In this document: positions 20,927 to 30,700 of the stretch, piece by piece
How the letters are laid out: every line of letters begins with the position of its first letter
Position numbering within the stretch: the stretch's first letter is position 1
Origin: Gemmatimonadaceae bacterium
GTDB lineage: Bacteria; Gemmatimonadota; Gemmatimonadetes; Gemmatimonadales; Gemmatimonadaceae
Direction of reading: 5' to 3'
NCBI GenBank assembly: GCA_033763905.1
Contig: JANRJP010000075.1
Coordinates: forward strand, 1-62,951
Length of the DNA: 62,951 nt
Made by a program: the position numbers and the translations under genes
Notes under the pieces: model-generated
Told to the model about the DNA's origin: nothing
Databases searched by the model: none
What the model saw: only the letters and a program-made list of their open reading frames with translations

Positions 20927-21378
20927 AACGCGGGGGCTGGTGCCAGTCGGCGGAGCAACCGCTCCTGCCGCGCCCACATCGGTGACGCCTCACGCGCGGC
21001 GTTCACCGGGTGGTCGTATCCCAACACGTGCAGCGTCCCGTGAATCACGAGCCGCGCCGTTTCCTCGCGCACGCCGCACCCAAAGTGCGCCGCGTTCTCG
21101 CGCGCGACATCCGGGCAGACGTAGATGTCGCCGACGATCCCCTGCCCGCCCGACGGCGCAAACCCGAACGAGATTACGTCCGTCGCGCCCCGATGCCCTA
21201 AGTGCCGGCGGTTCAGTGCCGCCATCGCGCGCGACGAGAGAAAGGTCACCGACACCATCGCCGGCCCGACGCGCTCCGCCCGGAGCACGCCCCGCACGAT
21301 GTCCTGCACGCGTGCGGCGCTGAGCGCCGCGCGCGTGCCTTCGGCCGACACCGCCACCGCGTGACGCTCGGTCTTCAC
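20923..21378 (-). CDS. ybeY: rRNA maturation endoribonuclease YbeY
   Basis: TDVISF, GDIYVC, HGTLHVLGYDH. Confidence 0.95.
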   Translation of the reverse strand: MKTERHAVAVSAEGTRAALSAARVQDIVRGVLRAERVGPAMVSVTFLSSRAMAALNRRHLGHRGATDVISFGFAPSGGQGIVGDIYVCPDVARENAAHFGCGVREETARLVIHGTLHVLGYDHPVNAAREASPMWARQERLLRRLAPAPAL

Positions 21379-22355
21379 GTCGCGGCGTCCTCGCCGTAGG
21401 CGCGGATGATGTCGCGCACCAGCCGATGCCGCACGACGTCGTGCTCGGTGAAGTAGTGGAACGCGATGCCGTCGATGCCCTTGAGGATGCGCTCGACCTG
21501 TAGCAGGCCGGAGTCTTCGCGCTTGGGCAAGTCGATCTGCGTGCGATCGCCGGTGATGACGGTGCGCGAATTGGCCCCGAGCCGCGTCAGGAACATCTTC
21601 ATCTGCGCGTTCGTGGCGTTCTGCGCCTCGTCAAGAATCAGGAACGCGTCATTCAGCGTGCGCCCCCGCATATACGCCAGCGGCGCGATCTCGATCTGGC
21701 GCATTTCGAGCGCACGCTCGAACCGCTCCGGCGGCATCATATCCTCGAGCGCGTCATAGAGCGGGCGCAGATAGGGATCGACCTTCGCCTGCATATCGCC
21801 GGGCAGGAAGCCCAGTGATTCGCCCGCTTCGACGGCCGGCCGCGCGAGCACGATCTTTCGGACACGCTTCTTGTGCAGGAAGTCGACGGCGGCCGCCACG
21901 GCGAGGTACGTCTTGCCCGTGCCCGCGGGGCCGATGCCGATCACGATGTCGTTCTCGACGATCTGGCGCATATACTCGCCCTGCCCCGGCGTCTTGGGCG
22001 TGACGATGCGGCGCACGCCGGGCAGCGCGATGCGATACTCGCCGGTATTCGACACGTCCGCGGGCTGATCAGCCACCGACGGCAGCGTCCCGCCCGGCCG
22101 CATCACCAGCCGCAGCACGTCGTCCGCGTCGAGTGGCGTCCCCTGACGCGCGGCGTCGACCATCCGCTGCGCCACCTCCGCCGCACGATCAACCTGCTCG
22201 CTGGGCCCGGTCAACGACAGCACATCACCGCGGAGACCAACACGCACGCCGGTGCCCTTGGCCAGTTCCGCGAGATTCGCGTCGTTGACCCCCGCCAGCG
22301 CGAGCGGGTCCGCCCCCTCGACGTTGAGCCGGCGAATGATCGTGGGATCCTGCAT
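21375..22355 (-). CDS. phoH: PhoH-like ATPase (YbeZ)
   Basis: GPAGTGKTYLA, RPAVEAGE.LGFLPGD, LDEAQN, FLTRLG, VVRH; ATG at 22355. Confidence 0.95.
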   Translation of the reverse strand: MQDPTIIRRLNVEGADPLALAGVNDANLAELAKGTGVRVGLRGDVLSLTGPSEQVDRAAEVAQRMVDAARQGTPLDADDVLRLVMRPGGTLPSVADQPADVSNTGEYRIALPGVRRIVTPKTPGQGEYMRQIVENDIVIGIGPAGTGKTYLAVAAAVDFLHKKRVRKIVLARPAVEAGESLGFLPGDMQAKVDPYLRPLYDALEDMMPPERFERALEMRQIEIAPLAYMRGRTLNDAFLILDEAQNATNAQMKMFLTRLGANSRTVITGDRTQIDLPKREDSGLLQVERILKGIDGIAFHYFTEHDVVRHRLVRDIIRAYGEDAAT

Positions 22356-24157
22356 CAGCCGTCCTCTCGGGGCGCCGAGGGGGTCGCCGCGACCTGCACG
22401 TGCAGCGCCGCGAGGTCTTCGGCTGGCACCACCGACGGCGCGCCTTCGAACCGCGCCCGTGCCGCCGTGGTCTTGGGGAATGCAATCACGTCGCGCAGCG
22501 ACGTAGCCCCCGAGAGCAACATCGCGATGCGGTCGAACCCGAAGGCAATGCCGCCGTGCGGGGGAGCACCGGCGCGCAGCCCCTCGAGCAGGAACCCGAA
22601 GCGACGCTCCTGCTCCTCGACATCGCCGATGCCCAAGAGCCCGAACATCCGCGACTGCACCGCCGGATCGCTGGTGCGAATCGACCCACCACCGAGCTCG
22701 GTGCCGTTGAGCACCACGTCGTAGGCCACGGCACGCCAACTCGCCGGGTCGTCGGGCCGAGCGGCAAAGTCCTCGGCGTTCGGCGACGTGAACGGGTGAT
22801 GCACCGCCGCGAGGGCGCCGGTGTCGGGATCACGTTCGAACATCGGGAAATCCACCACGATCACGAACTCGCGTCGCGCGTCGTCCACCAGCTGCAGTCG
22901 ACGGGCGCACTCCTGCCGAATGCGGTCCAACGCCGGACTCGACACTCGGTCCGGTCCGGCCACGCCCACCCACAGTGCTCCATCGGGCAGCGCCAGTGCC
23001 GCGCGCGCCTCGTCGGTGAGGAACTTGGCGATCGGCCCCTCGTACTCGCTGCCGTTCCGCTTGAGGCGCAGCATCCCGCCGGCGCCGGCGCCCTTGGCGA
23101 GGGTCTCGAGCTCGTCCACCTGCTTGCGGCTCCACCCAGCGGCGCCAGGCAGGACGATGCCGCGGACCCGACCACCCGCAGCAATGGCCGACGTCGTCAC
23201 GCCGAACTCCAACGGACGGAACGCCGCGGTGGCATCGACGATCTCAAGCCCGTAGCGCAGGTCCGGGCGATCGCAGCCGTAGCGTTCCATCGCGTCGGCG
23301 TACGTCATTCGCGGAAACGGCACCGAGACCTCAACCCCCGCCTCGCGCCACAGCGCCTGCACCAGCCCTTCGGCCAGAGACAGGATGTCGTCCTGCCGCA
23401 CGAACGACGCCTCGATGTCGATCTGCGTGAATTCCGGCTGCCGATCGGCGCGCAGATCTTCGTCGCGGAAGCAACGGGCGATCTGGAAGTACCGATCAAA
23501 GCCACAGACCATGAACAACTGCTTGTAGATCTGCGGCGACTGCGGCAGCGCGTAGAACTCGCCGGCGTGCACGCGGCTGGGCACCAGAAAGTCGCGGGCA
23601 CCTTCCGGGGTCGGCTTCGTGAGGATCGGCGTTTCGAGCTCGAAGAAATGCCGATCGCTCAAGTAGCGCCGAGTCACCTGCATCAGCCGATGCCGGAGGA
23701 GCAGGTTGGCCTGGAGTTCCGGCCGGCGCAGATCGAGGTAGCGGTGCCGTAGCCGCAGTTCTTCCGCCGGCAGCGGTACGCCCTTGCCGCGGGCCACGGG
23801 CAGCGCGGGCGTCGCCGCGGGACCGACGACGCGGAGCGCGCTCGCGAGCACCTCCACCGCCCCGGTGGCCAGGTCGGCGTTCACGCCCTCGGCCGGCCGC
23901 GCCGCGACCGTGCCTTCGACGATGACAACGCTCTCGACGCCCACCGACTCCGCGGCACGGAGCACCTCGGCCGACGCCACCGCGGGATCGACCTTCACCT
24001 GCACGAGGCCTGCGCGATCACGCAGGTCGAGGAAGACGAGTCCGCCGAGGTCGCGAGACCGGTGGACCCAGCCCCCCAACGTGACGCGCTCACCCACGTG
24101 CGCCGCGCGCAAATCGCCGCAGAGCATCGACCGCCACGATGTGGCCGTTCCGTTCAT
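22355..24157 (-). CDS. aspS: Aspartate--tRNA ligase
   Basis: RDLGGLVFLDLRD, TPEGARDFLVP, CFRDEDLRADRQPEFTQ, PPHGGIAFG. Confidence 0.97.
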   Translation of the reverse strand: MNGTATSWRSMLCGDLRAAHVGERVTLGGWVHRSRDLGGLVFLDLRDRAGLVQVKVDPAVASAEVLRAAESVGVESVVIVEGTVAARPAEGVNADLATGAVEVLASALRVVGPAATPALPVARGKGVPLPAEELRLRHRYLDLRRPELQANLLLRHRLMQVTRRYLSDRHFFELETPILTKPTPEGARDFLVPSRVHAGEFYALPQSPQIYKQLFMVCGFDRYFQIARCFRDEDLRADRQPEFTQIDIEASFVRQDDILSLAEGLVQALWREAGVEVSVPFPRMTYADAMERYGCDRPDLRYGLEIVDATAAFRPLEFGVTTSAIAAGGRVRGIVLPGAAGWSRKQVDELETLAKGAGAGGMLRLKRNGSEYEGPIAKFLTDEARAALALPDGALWVGVAGPDRVSSPALDRIRQECARRLQLVDDARREFVIVVDFPMFERDPDTGALAAVHHPFTSPNAEDFAARPDDPASWRAVAYDVVLNGTELGGGSIRTSDPAVQSRMFGLLGIGDVEEQERRFGFLLEGLRAGAPPHGGIAFGFDRIAMLLSGATSLRDVIAFPKTTAARARFEGAPSVVPAEDLAALHVQVAATPSAPREDG

Positions 24158-24193
24158 AAACCCGAGCCGTGTGAAATCGCCAGCAACACTTGC

Positions 24194-24318
24194 CAAGCAG
24201 TTGAATTTACAGCACTTACGCCCCTCTCGGTAGCGCGAGACTCGTGGGGCACGGGCACGGATGGTTGTCGGATGTGCCGCGATTGGCGATATTCAAGTGC
24301 TTGTCAGTCAATCACTTG
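24194..24318. repeat. Two 25-bp spaced palindromes (CAAG-N17-CTTR), 100 bp apart
   Basis: 24194-24218 CAAGCAGTTGAATTTACAGCACTTA; 24294-24318 CAAGTGCTTGTCAGTCAATCACTTG; in the divergent aspS/rlmN gap. Confidence 0.6.
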
Positions 24319-24333
24319 CACAGTCCCGAGCCG

Positions 24334-25422
24334 ATGTCGGACGCGCGCCAGAACCTCCTCGACCTGCCCCCAGCGCGCGCCGCTGAGGCAGTCGCGGCGT
24401 TCCTGACCGCGCAGGGAGAACCCGCGTACCGGGCCGCGCAAATCGTCGATTGGCTGTGGCAGAAGCCGGTCGCCGATTTCGACGGAATGTCGAATCTGCC
24501 GAAGCGCCTTCGCGATCAGCTCGCCGACGCGTTCACGATGCCGCGGCTCGAACTGCTGACGCAGCAGCAATCGCAGGATGGCACCCGCAAGTTCCTGTTC
24601 CGATTGCACGACGGGCAAGCCATCGAGACCGTCGCGATCCCGGACGGGGACCGGATGACGCTCTGCATCTCGTCGCAGGCGGGATGCGCCCTCAAGTGCG
24701 CCTTCTGTGCGACTGGCGCGATGGGCTTTCAGCGCAACCTGCGGCCCTTCGAGATCGCCGGGCAGGTGCGGGAGTTGGCGTTGCTGGCGGAGCAGCCGAT
24801 CCGTGCGACGAACATCGTGTTTATGGGGATGGGCGAGCCGCTGATGAATTGGCCCGCTGTGGATGCGACCTTGTCGATTCTCAACGCGCCGACGGGATTC
24901 GGCATCGGCGCGCGCCACATCACGATCTCGACCGTTGGCGTGCTGCCCGGGATCGTGGCCTTGTCGAAGCGGCCGGAGCAGTTCCGGTTGGCGATCTCCA
25001 TTCACGCGCCGACGGATGAACTCCGCGGCACGCTGATGCCGGTGAACATCAAGTTCCCGCTGCAGGAGGTCATTGACGCGGCCCGTGAATTCGACCGACG
25101 CGTCACGTTCGAGTATGTGATGCTTGGTGGCGTCAACGACAAGCCCGTACACGCCGATCAGCTGGCGGCGCTGGCCAAGGACTGCCGCGCCTTCGTGAAC
25201 CTGATTCCGCTCCACCCCGGCGGCTCGATGGGCTTCACCCCCTCGACGGTCGAGGCGATGCAGGCCTTCAAGCGTCGGGTGAGCGCCGAAGGCGTCGAGG
25301 TCGCGATTCGACGGAGCCGCGGGCTCGATATCGCCGCGGCCTGCGGACAGCTACGGGTAGAGCGAATTGGCCGGCGGGCGCCACGCGCGGCCGAGGCGGA
25401 CGGTCAGGTCCACGTAGCGTAG
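24334..25422 (+). CDS. rlmN: 23S rRNA m2A2503/tRNA methyltransferase RlmN
   Basis: CISSQAGCALKCAFC, MGMGEP, DIAAACGQL. Confidence 0.96.
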   Translation: MSDARQNLLDLPPARAAEAVAAFLTAQGEPAYRAAQIVDWLWQKPVADFDGMSNLPKRLRDQLADAFTMPRLELLTQQQSQDGTRKFLFRLHDGQAIETVAIPDGDRMTLCISSQAGCALKCAFCATGAMGFQRNLRPFEIAGQVRELALLAEQPIRATNIVFMGMGEPLMNWPAVDATLSILNAPTGFGIGARHITISTVGVLPGIVALSKRPEQFRLAISIHAPTDELRGTLMPVNIKFPLQEVIDAAREFDRRVTFEYVMLGGVNDKPVHADQLAALAKDCRAFVNLIPLHPGGSMGFTPSTVEAMQAFKRRVSAEGVEVAIRRSRGLDIAAACGQLRVERIGRRAPRAAEADGQVHVA

Positions 25423-25812
25423 CGAGTCGGGCCGGGTCTCGACCGTGGCGGCGCCGAGCGCTTTCGCGACCCGCTTCGCCCACTCCGGGTGCCCCGTCCG
25501 ATCGATCACGACCGAACTATCGAGCGGCGTATCCGCCGCCGGGTCGTTGGCCGTGTAGACCACATCGTAGCCGGCATCGCGCAGAAACAGCGTCGCGCGA
25601 CGGCCCAAGCCGCGGACCTGCGAGGCGTTGAGGACTTCGACGATCACGCGCGTCGAATCCGGGGCCCGTGCGCCGCGCGGGAGCGCGGCGGCGACCGCGC
25701 GCGAAGTCTCCGTGGTGGTGGTGTCGGCCGCCGTACGGCGCCACCACCACCAACCGCCAGCGGCGCAGACGGCGAGCCCGGCGCCCGCCACCAGCACGCG
25801 CGCCCTGGTCAT
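25351..25812 (-). CDS. Membrane-anchored LytR C-terminal domain protein
   Basis: N-terminal TM; VEVLNAS..RGL...L...GY.V...A..VA.ALG...DLTV.LG. Confidence 0.8.
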   Translation of the reverse strand: MTRARVLVAGAGLAVCAAGGWWWWRRTAADTTTTETSRAVAAALPRGARAPDSTRVIVEVLNASQVRGLGRRATLFLRDAGYDVVYTANDPAADTPLDSSVVIDRTGHPEWAKRVAKALGAATVETRPDSLRYVDLTVRLGRAWRPPANSLYP

Positions 25813-26363
25813 CGGATTGCGTTCCACAGCGCGACGGTCTCGGGCCGCACCGCGCGTCCTTCACGCAGCGACCAGATCAACCGCTCGCGCACCACCTCCC
25901 GGAACGTCGCGTCGAACGCGGACGGCACGCGGTCGGCGAGGGCCGCGCGCTCCTCGCGCGCAAAGGCCCGCCCCGGTTCCAGGAAGTCGGCCATATAGAG
26001 CGCCCGTCCGGTACGAGACCAGTCGGCGTGGCCCGTGGTGTGCCAACGAATGGCCTCGAGGACATCGCGACGGCGTTCGCCCTCGGCTTCGAGCAGCGTC
26101 GCTGCGGCCGGCCCGTGCAACATCGGATACGGCGTGTCGGGCTCGGCGGTCATCCGCCGCAGGGTGGGCTCATCGGCGTCACGGAGGGCATCGTGCCAGC
26201 GCCCCGCATCGTGCCACGCGGTGGCTTCCTCGGGCTCGAGCGCCATCTGCTGCGCCCAGCGGTCGAGCAACGCGGTCACGCGCGCGATGTGTGCGCGCCG
26301 CTTCGGACTGACGATCGCCCACGCCGGCAGCCCGGGCAGTGGTGGCACCGTCGGTGCGGGCAT
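25809..26363 (-). CDS. HD-domain hydrolase, YqeK (Ap4A hydrolase)-like
   Basis: R.AHI.RV, HD, HGPAAA, AIRWHTTG, LYMAD.LEPGR. Confidence 0.8.
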   Translation of the reverse strand: MPAPTVPPLPGLPAWAIVSPKRRAHIARVTALLDRWAQQMALEPEEATAWHDAGRWHDALRDADEPTLRRMTAEPDTPYPMLHGPAAATLLEAEGERRRDVLEAIRWHTTGHADWSRTGRALYMADFLEPGRAFAREERAALADRVPSAFDATFREVVRERLIWSLREGRAVRPETVALWNAIR

Positions 26364-28450
26364 CAGCGCACCTGGGTGATGCGACGTGCCAGCCCGTCGA
26401 GCGTGCCGGCGACCCCACGCAGTTCGGCGACGGCGCCCTCCAAGCCGCGGAGTGCCTGCGCCTGATGATTCGCGGACATCGTGACCGATTCGGCACCGCC
26501 GCGATTGCGCCCCGCGATCTCGGCGATGCGCGCCACGCGGTCACGCATCTGCGCGAGCTCGGCTTCGGTATTGCGCGCGGTCGCGGCGATGCGACGCACG
26601 CCATCCGCCCCCGAGGCCGTGGCGTGCACGATCCCCGACAAGGCCTCGAGCGCGCTCGCGGCCAACGTCTCGACGTCACCCATCAGCTGCTGGCCGCGGC
26701 TCATCTGCCGCGCCATCCGGCGCGCCTGATCCTCGAGTGCCGCCAGCAGGTCACTGACCGCATCCGCCGTGGTCTTGCTCTCGTCGGCCAGCGCGCGGAC
26801 TTCCGTCGCCACGACCGCAAAGCCCTGGCCCTGCTCACCGGCGCGGGCGGCCTCGATCGCCGCATTGAGGGCCAGCAGGTTGGTCTGGTCGGCCAGCTCG
26901 CGAATGACACGGATCGCTTCGGTCATTCGCTCCGTCGCTTCGGCGAGGGCGGCGACCTCGCTCACGCTGTCGGCGACGAAGCCCTTCACCGACACCAATC
27001 GGTCGATGGCCGCGCCGATCGTCTCTTTGTGCTCGCTCGCGAGGCTCGACGCGCGGTGCGTGGCATCGGCGGCAAACGTGCCGTCGCGCACGGTGGCCTG
27101 CGCGGCGTCGTTCATCGCGTCCGTCGCGGCGAGCGACGCCGCGGCCTGCTCGGTCTCTTCGACGAGCCCGCGCGCGATGTCGGCAATGGTGCGCGCCACG
27201 TCTTCACCGCCGCCGCGGAGCGTGCGGGCCGAATCGTTGAGCGTGTTGAGCTGCGTCGTCAGCTGGGTGACCGCGTCGAGCAACGGCTGCCGGAGATCGT
27301 GGATGTGCAGTGCCGTCGCCAACTGGGTCGCGAAGCGGCCGATCAGATCGCGCTCCTTGCCGCGATACATCGCCGGCTTGTGATGCTCGACCTCCACGAC
27401 CCCGATCGCGCGATCGCCGAAGCGGAGCGGCACCACGGCGAACGAACGCACCTCGGCCGGAGCGGCCGGCGTCCGCGGATCGCGACGGGCGTCGGTGACC
27501 ACCAACGGCTCCGACCCCTCGAGGGCCATCAGCCGCAGTTGCTGCGCGAACGTCGGGGCGGGCACCGGGGTGGCCAACCAGCCGGCCCGACTCCGATACA
27601 CCACGATCGCGCGATCACCCTGCAAGCGAGACACGCGCATCTCGGTCCAGTCCACGAGCCGATTGGCCAGGCGTTCGATGCTCTGGAACGACGTGCCGAT
27701 GTCCACATCCTGCGAGATCACCTGCTCCATCGCGAGGATCTTGTTCAGTTCCTCGGCGGCGATCGACTCTTCGAGGATGCGCTTGAGCAGCAACCCGCTG
27801 AACCCCAGCAGGATGCCGACGACGATCCACGCTACCCACGCCAAGCGGTCGATCGTAAGCAAGGTGATGACGACCACCCCGGTGCCGGCGCCGAACGCAA
27901 TGACTTCGTAGCGAAGAATGAGCGAGCGTTCTTCGGCCAGGAGCTTGTCACGCAGCAGTAGCGTGAAATACTGCAAGCCGCGACTGACGATGAAGTGCGT
28001 CGTCACCAGCGTCGCGAAGGCCGGAAGCGCGCTCGGCGGCAACGCGGCGGGGACCTCGCCCGCACCGGTCACCGCTGCCACCCATCCGAAAAAGCCCATC
28101 GCGGTGGTGAGCGCCAGTGCCTCGCGCCCCGCGTTCACGAACGCGATGCGCAGCGGCTTGCCCGAGGCGAAGTGATCCGCCAACAGCACCCCCGCCCAGA
28201 CCCCGACCGACGCCCCGGGCGCGCCGACCACCAAGGCACCGGTGAGGGCCACTGGCCCGACCATCGACAGCGCGCTGTACTTCGTGAGCGGAATCTGCCA
28301 CGCGCGGGCCGCGCCGCTGCCCAGCAGCACCACGATCAGACCGTACCCGGTTTCGACGCTCCAGTCGCCCGATACCAGCGCGCCGGCGAACACGAGCAGC
28401 CCGCCGAGCAACGCGACCAGCCACGGGTAGGCCGCGACGATGGAGCCCAT
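26363..28450 (-). CDS. Methyl-accepting chemotaxis protein with multi-TM N-terminus and GAF domain
   Basis: About 6-7 hydrophobic segments; GAF (DARRDPR...VPL...IGVV); [34 protein letters not shown]. Confidence 0.9.
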   Translation of the reverse strand: MGSIVAAYPWLVALLGGLLVFAGALVSGDWSVETGYGLIVVLLGSGAARAWQIPLTKYSALSMVGPVALTGALVVGAPGASVGVWAGVLLADHFASGKPLRIAFVNAGREALALTTAMGFFGWVAAVTGAGEVPAALPPSALPAFATLVTTHFIVSRGLQYFTLLLRDKLLAEERSLILRYEVIAFGAGTGVVVITLLTIDRLAWVAWIVVGILLGFSGLLLKRILEESIAAEELNKILAMEQVISQDVDIGTSFQSIERLANRLVDWTEMRVSRLQGDRAIVVYRSRAGWLATPVPAPTFAQQLRLMALEGSEPLVVTDARRDPRTPAAPAEVRSFAVVPLRFGDRAIGVVEVEHHKPAMYRGKERDLIGRFATQLATALHIHDLRQPLLDAVTQLTTQLNTLNDSARTLRGGGEDVARTIADIARGLVEETEQAAASLAATDAMNDAAQATVRDGTFAADATHRASSLASEHKETIGAAIDRLVSVKGFVADSVSEVAALAEATERMTEAIRVIRELADQTNLLALNAAIEAARAGEQGQGFAVVATEVRALADESKTTADAVSDLLAALEDQARRMARQMSRGQQLMGDVETLAASALEALSGIVHATASGADGVRRIAATARNTEAELAQMRDRVARIAEIAGRNRGGAESVTMSANHQAQALRGLEGAVAELRGVAGTLDGLARRITQVR

Positions 28451-28452
28451 CG

Positions 28453-29253
28453 TCAGGCGGCGTCGAGCGCGCGCCGCACCTCGGCGACAAACGCAGCCGC
28501 CGCGTCGATCGACTGCTCGGCGAGTCGCACGACCGCGCTGCCGATCACCACGCCGTCCGCCAACTCGGCCACCGCCCGAGCTTGCGCAGCGGAGCTGATG
28601 CCGAAGCCGACGCAGATGGGCAACGTGGTGGCTTCGCGCAGGCGCGCCACCGTGGCCGGCAGATCGGCGGCGACGTTCGCCTGCTCTCCCGTCACGCCGG
28701 TCCGGCTGATGCAATAGACGAACCCGCGACCGTGGCGCGCGATCTCGGCCATTCGCGCCACGGGAGTCGTCGGGGCCACCAGCCGCACGAAAGCGAGGGG
28801 CCCGGCGCCGAACGCCGCCTCTCGGGCACGGTCTGCGCCGACCGGAAGGTCGGTGATGAGGAGGCCGGCGATGCCCGCGGCGCGTGCCCGCGTGAGCGCC
28901 TCCGGCCCCGCCGCCATGACCGGATTCAGGTAGGAGAACAGCACGAGCGGCACGTCGACCGCCGCCTCGGCGGCGATCGCCAAGGCGCCCTCGAAATTCA
29001 TCCCTTGCGCAATCGCCACCTGGGACGAGCGCTGGATCACCGGGCCGTCCGCCAATGGATCGGAGAACGGCACGCCAAGCTCGATGACATCGGCCCCGGC
29101 GGCTGCGAGTGCCCGCAGCAGGGCCACCGACGACGCCCGGTCAGGATGCCCCGCCGTCACATACACCACCAGCGCTTTGCGACCAGCGCTGGCGAGGGCG
29201 GCGAAGCGATCGGCGATCGGGTCAGACGAAGTAGTCGCCGATGCGGATGCCAT
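28453..29253 (-). CDS. trpA: Tryptophan synthase alpha chain
   Basis: [43 protein letters not shown]. Confidence 0.97.
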   Translation of the reverse strand: MASASATTSSDPIADRFAALASAGRKALVVYVTAGHPDRASSVALLRALAAAGADVIELGVPFSDPLADGPVIQRSSQVAIAQGMNFEGALAIAAEAAVDVPLVLFSYLNPVMAAGPEALTRARAAGIAGLLITDLPVGADRAREAAFGAGPLAFVRLVAPTTPVARMAEIARHGRGFVYCISRTGVTGEQANVAADLPATVARLREATTLPICVGFGISSAAQARAVAELADGVVIGSAVVRLAEQSIDAAAAFVAEVRRALDAA

Positions 29254-30700
29254 AGCGTTCTGGATTCTCGGTCTTGATGACGGTACGCCGATAGTGCCCA
29301 TCGGCACCGACCTCGGTCAGGTCGGCGAGTTCGCCGGGGTAGAGCACGTTGCCCGTCGCGTCGGAGATGACGCGGACGATCGGACGCGAAATGTGTTCCG
29401 GCAGCGGGTTCGACGCGTGGACGATCGCCATCTCGAGCGTATCGAGCCGGACGAGCGTGCCCACCGGATAGATGCCTAGCATCGCGACGAAGGCCTTCAC
29501 GATGGCCGGATCCATTCCGCGCCGCGCGTTGTCCCGCATCTCCTGCAGCACCTGCGCCGGCGTGATCGGGTGATTCTGGTAGGCGCGCTGCGAGGTGGCG
29601 GCATCGAATCCGTCGGCCACCGCGACGATCTTCGAGTAGATGCTCATCTCGCGCGGGCGGATGTTCCGGGGATACCCGGTCAAATCCACCTTCATATGGT
29701 GCTCGTAGCACACGGTGATCGCGCGATAGGGCAGCTCCTGCTGGCCCTTGAGCTGCATCAGCGCCAGCACACCCAGCCACGGGTGGGACGCGATCATCCG
29801 CCACTCGGTATCGGTGAGCTGCTCCGACTTGTTGAGCACCTCGAGCGGCACGCGGGCCTTCCCGATGTCGTGCAGCAGCGCGGCCATCCCGAGATCGTAC
29901 AGCTGTCCCTTGCTCAACCCGAGTCGCCGGCCGAGCGACACCGCGAAAATGCACACGTTCACCGAATGGATGAACGTGTACTCGTCGTAGTCGCGGAGAG
30001 TCGTGAGGCCGAGCAGCGAGGTGTCGTCGGCCAGGATCTGGTCGACGATCGACTGCACCACGCGCTTGATCTTCTTGATGTTCGGGCTCTTGCCGATGCG
30101 GACCGAGTTGACGACATCCTTGGTAACCGCCAGCGACTGCGAATACGTCCGCTTGGCGGCCGCCTTGTTCTTCTCGCGGGACTCCGCTTCGTCGGCGTTC
30201 TCGGTCGGCACCGAGAGGTCGAAGGTGCGCACCCCGGCCGCCTCGAGCTTCTCCGACAGCGACTCGAAGCGGCTCATCGGATCGACCTTCTGCTGCGCCA
30301 CCGCCTGCAACTGCGACAGGAACACGATACAGTCGCGCGGCAGCGGCGCGGTCCCGACCCGCATACTGCCGATGCCGTTCGTCTTGAACACCGCCAGCAA
30401 CTGCGAGAAGCTCGCGTAGTTGTCGAGGTCGAGTCGCATCCGCGCGCCGTTCAGGAACATGAACTCGCCCGCGATCTTGAGCTCGAACTCCCCTTCCCGC
30501 TTCAGGATCTCGCTCAGTGCCTGAACGAAGTCGTTGACCGACTTCTGCACGGCGGCGTTTTCCACGGGATACAGCTTGACCGCGCGGAGTGCGCCGTAGA
30601 ACGCGTTGGCCAGCGCGCGGCCCGCCTTCCGCAGGAACAGCTCGGTGCTCGCCTCGGCGCTTGCGGCGCCGATCGCGCTCGTCATTCGCGGCCCGCTCAC
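29222..30700 (-). CDS. HD-GYP domain protein (putative c-di-GMP phosphodiesterase) with unannotated N-terminal domain
   Basis: DEYTFIHS, LHDIGK, HHMKVDLTGYP, IVAVAD.FDA.TSQRAY. Confidence 0.9.
   Translation of the reverse strand: MSGPRMTSAIGAASAEASTELFLRKAGRALANAFYGALRAVKLYPVENAAVQKSVNDFVQALSEILKREGEFELKIAGEFMFLNGARMRLDLDNYASFSQLLAVFKTNGIGSMRVGTAPLPRDCIVFLSQLQAVAQQKVDPMSRFESLSEKLEAAGVRTFDLSVPTENADEAESREKNKAAAKRTYSQSLAVTKDVVNSVRIGKSPNIKKIKRVVQSIVDQILADDTSLLGLTTLRDYDEYTFIHSVNVCIFAVSLGRRLGLSKGQLYDLGMAALLHDIGKARVPLEVLNKSEQLTDTEWRMIASHPWLGVLALMQLKGQQELPYRAITVCYEHHMKVDLTGYPRNIRPREMSIYSKIVAVADGFDAATSQRAYQNHPITPAQVLQEMRDNARRGMDPAIVKAFVAMLGIYPVGTLVRLDTLEMAIVHASNPLPEHISRPIVRVISDATGNVLYPGELADLTEVGADGHYRRTVIKTENPERYGIRIGDYFV

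Noticed and set aside
24040..24070. AspRS discriminating versus non-discriminating call from RDLGG (Leu rather than His)
   Set aside because: A single residue is insufficient without knowing asnS and gatCAB content
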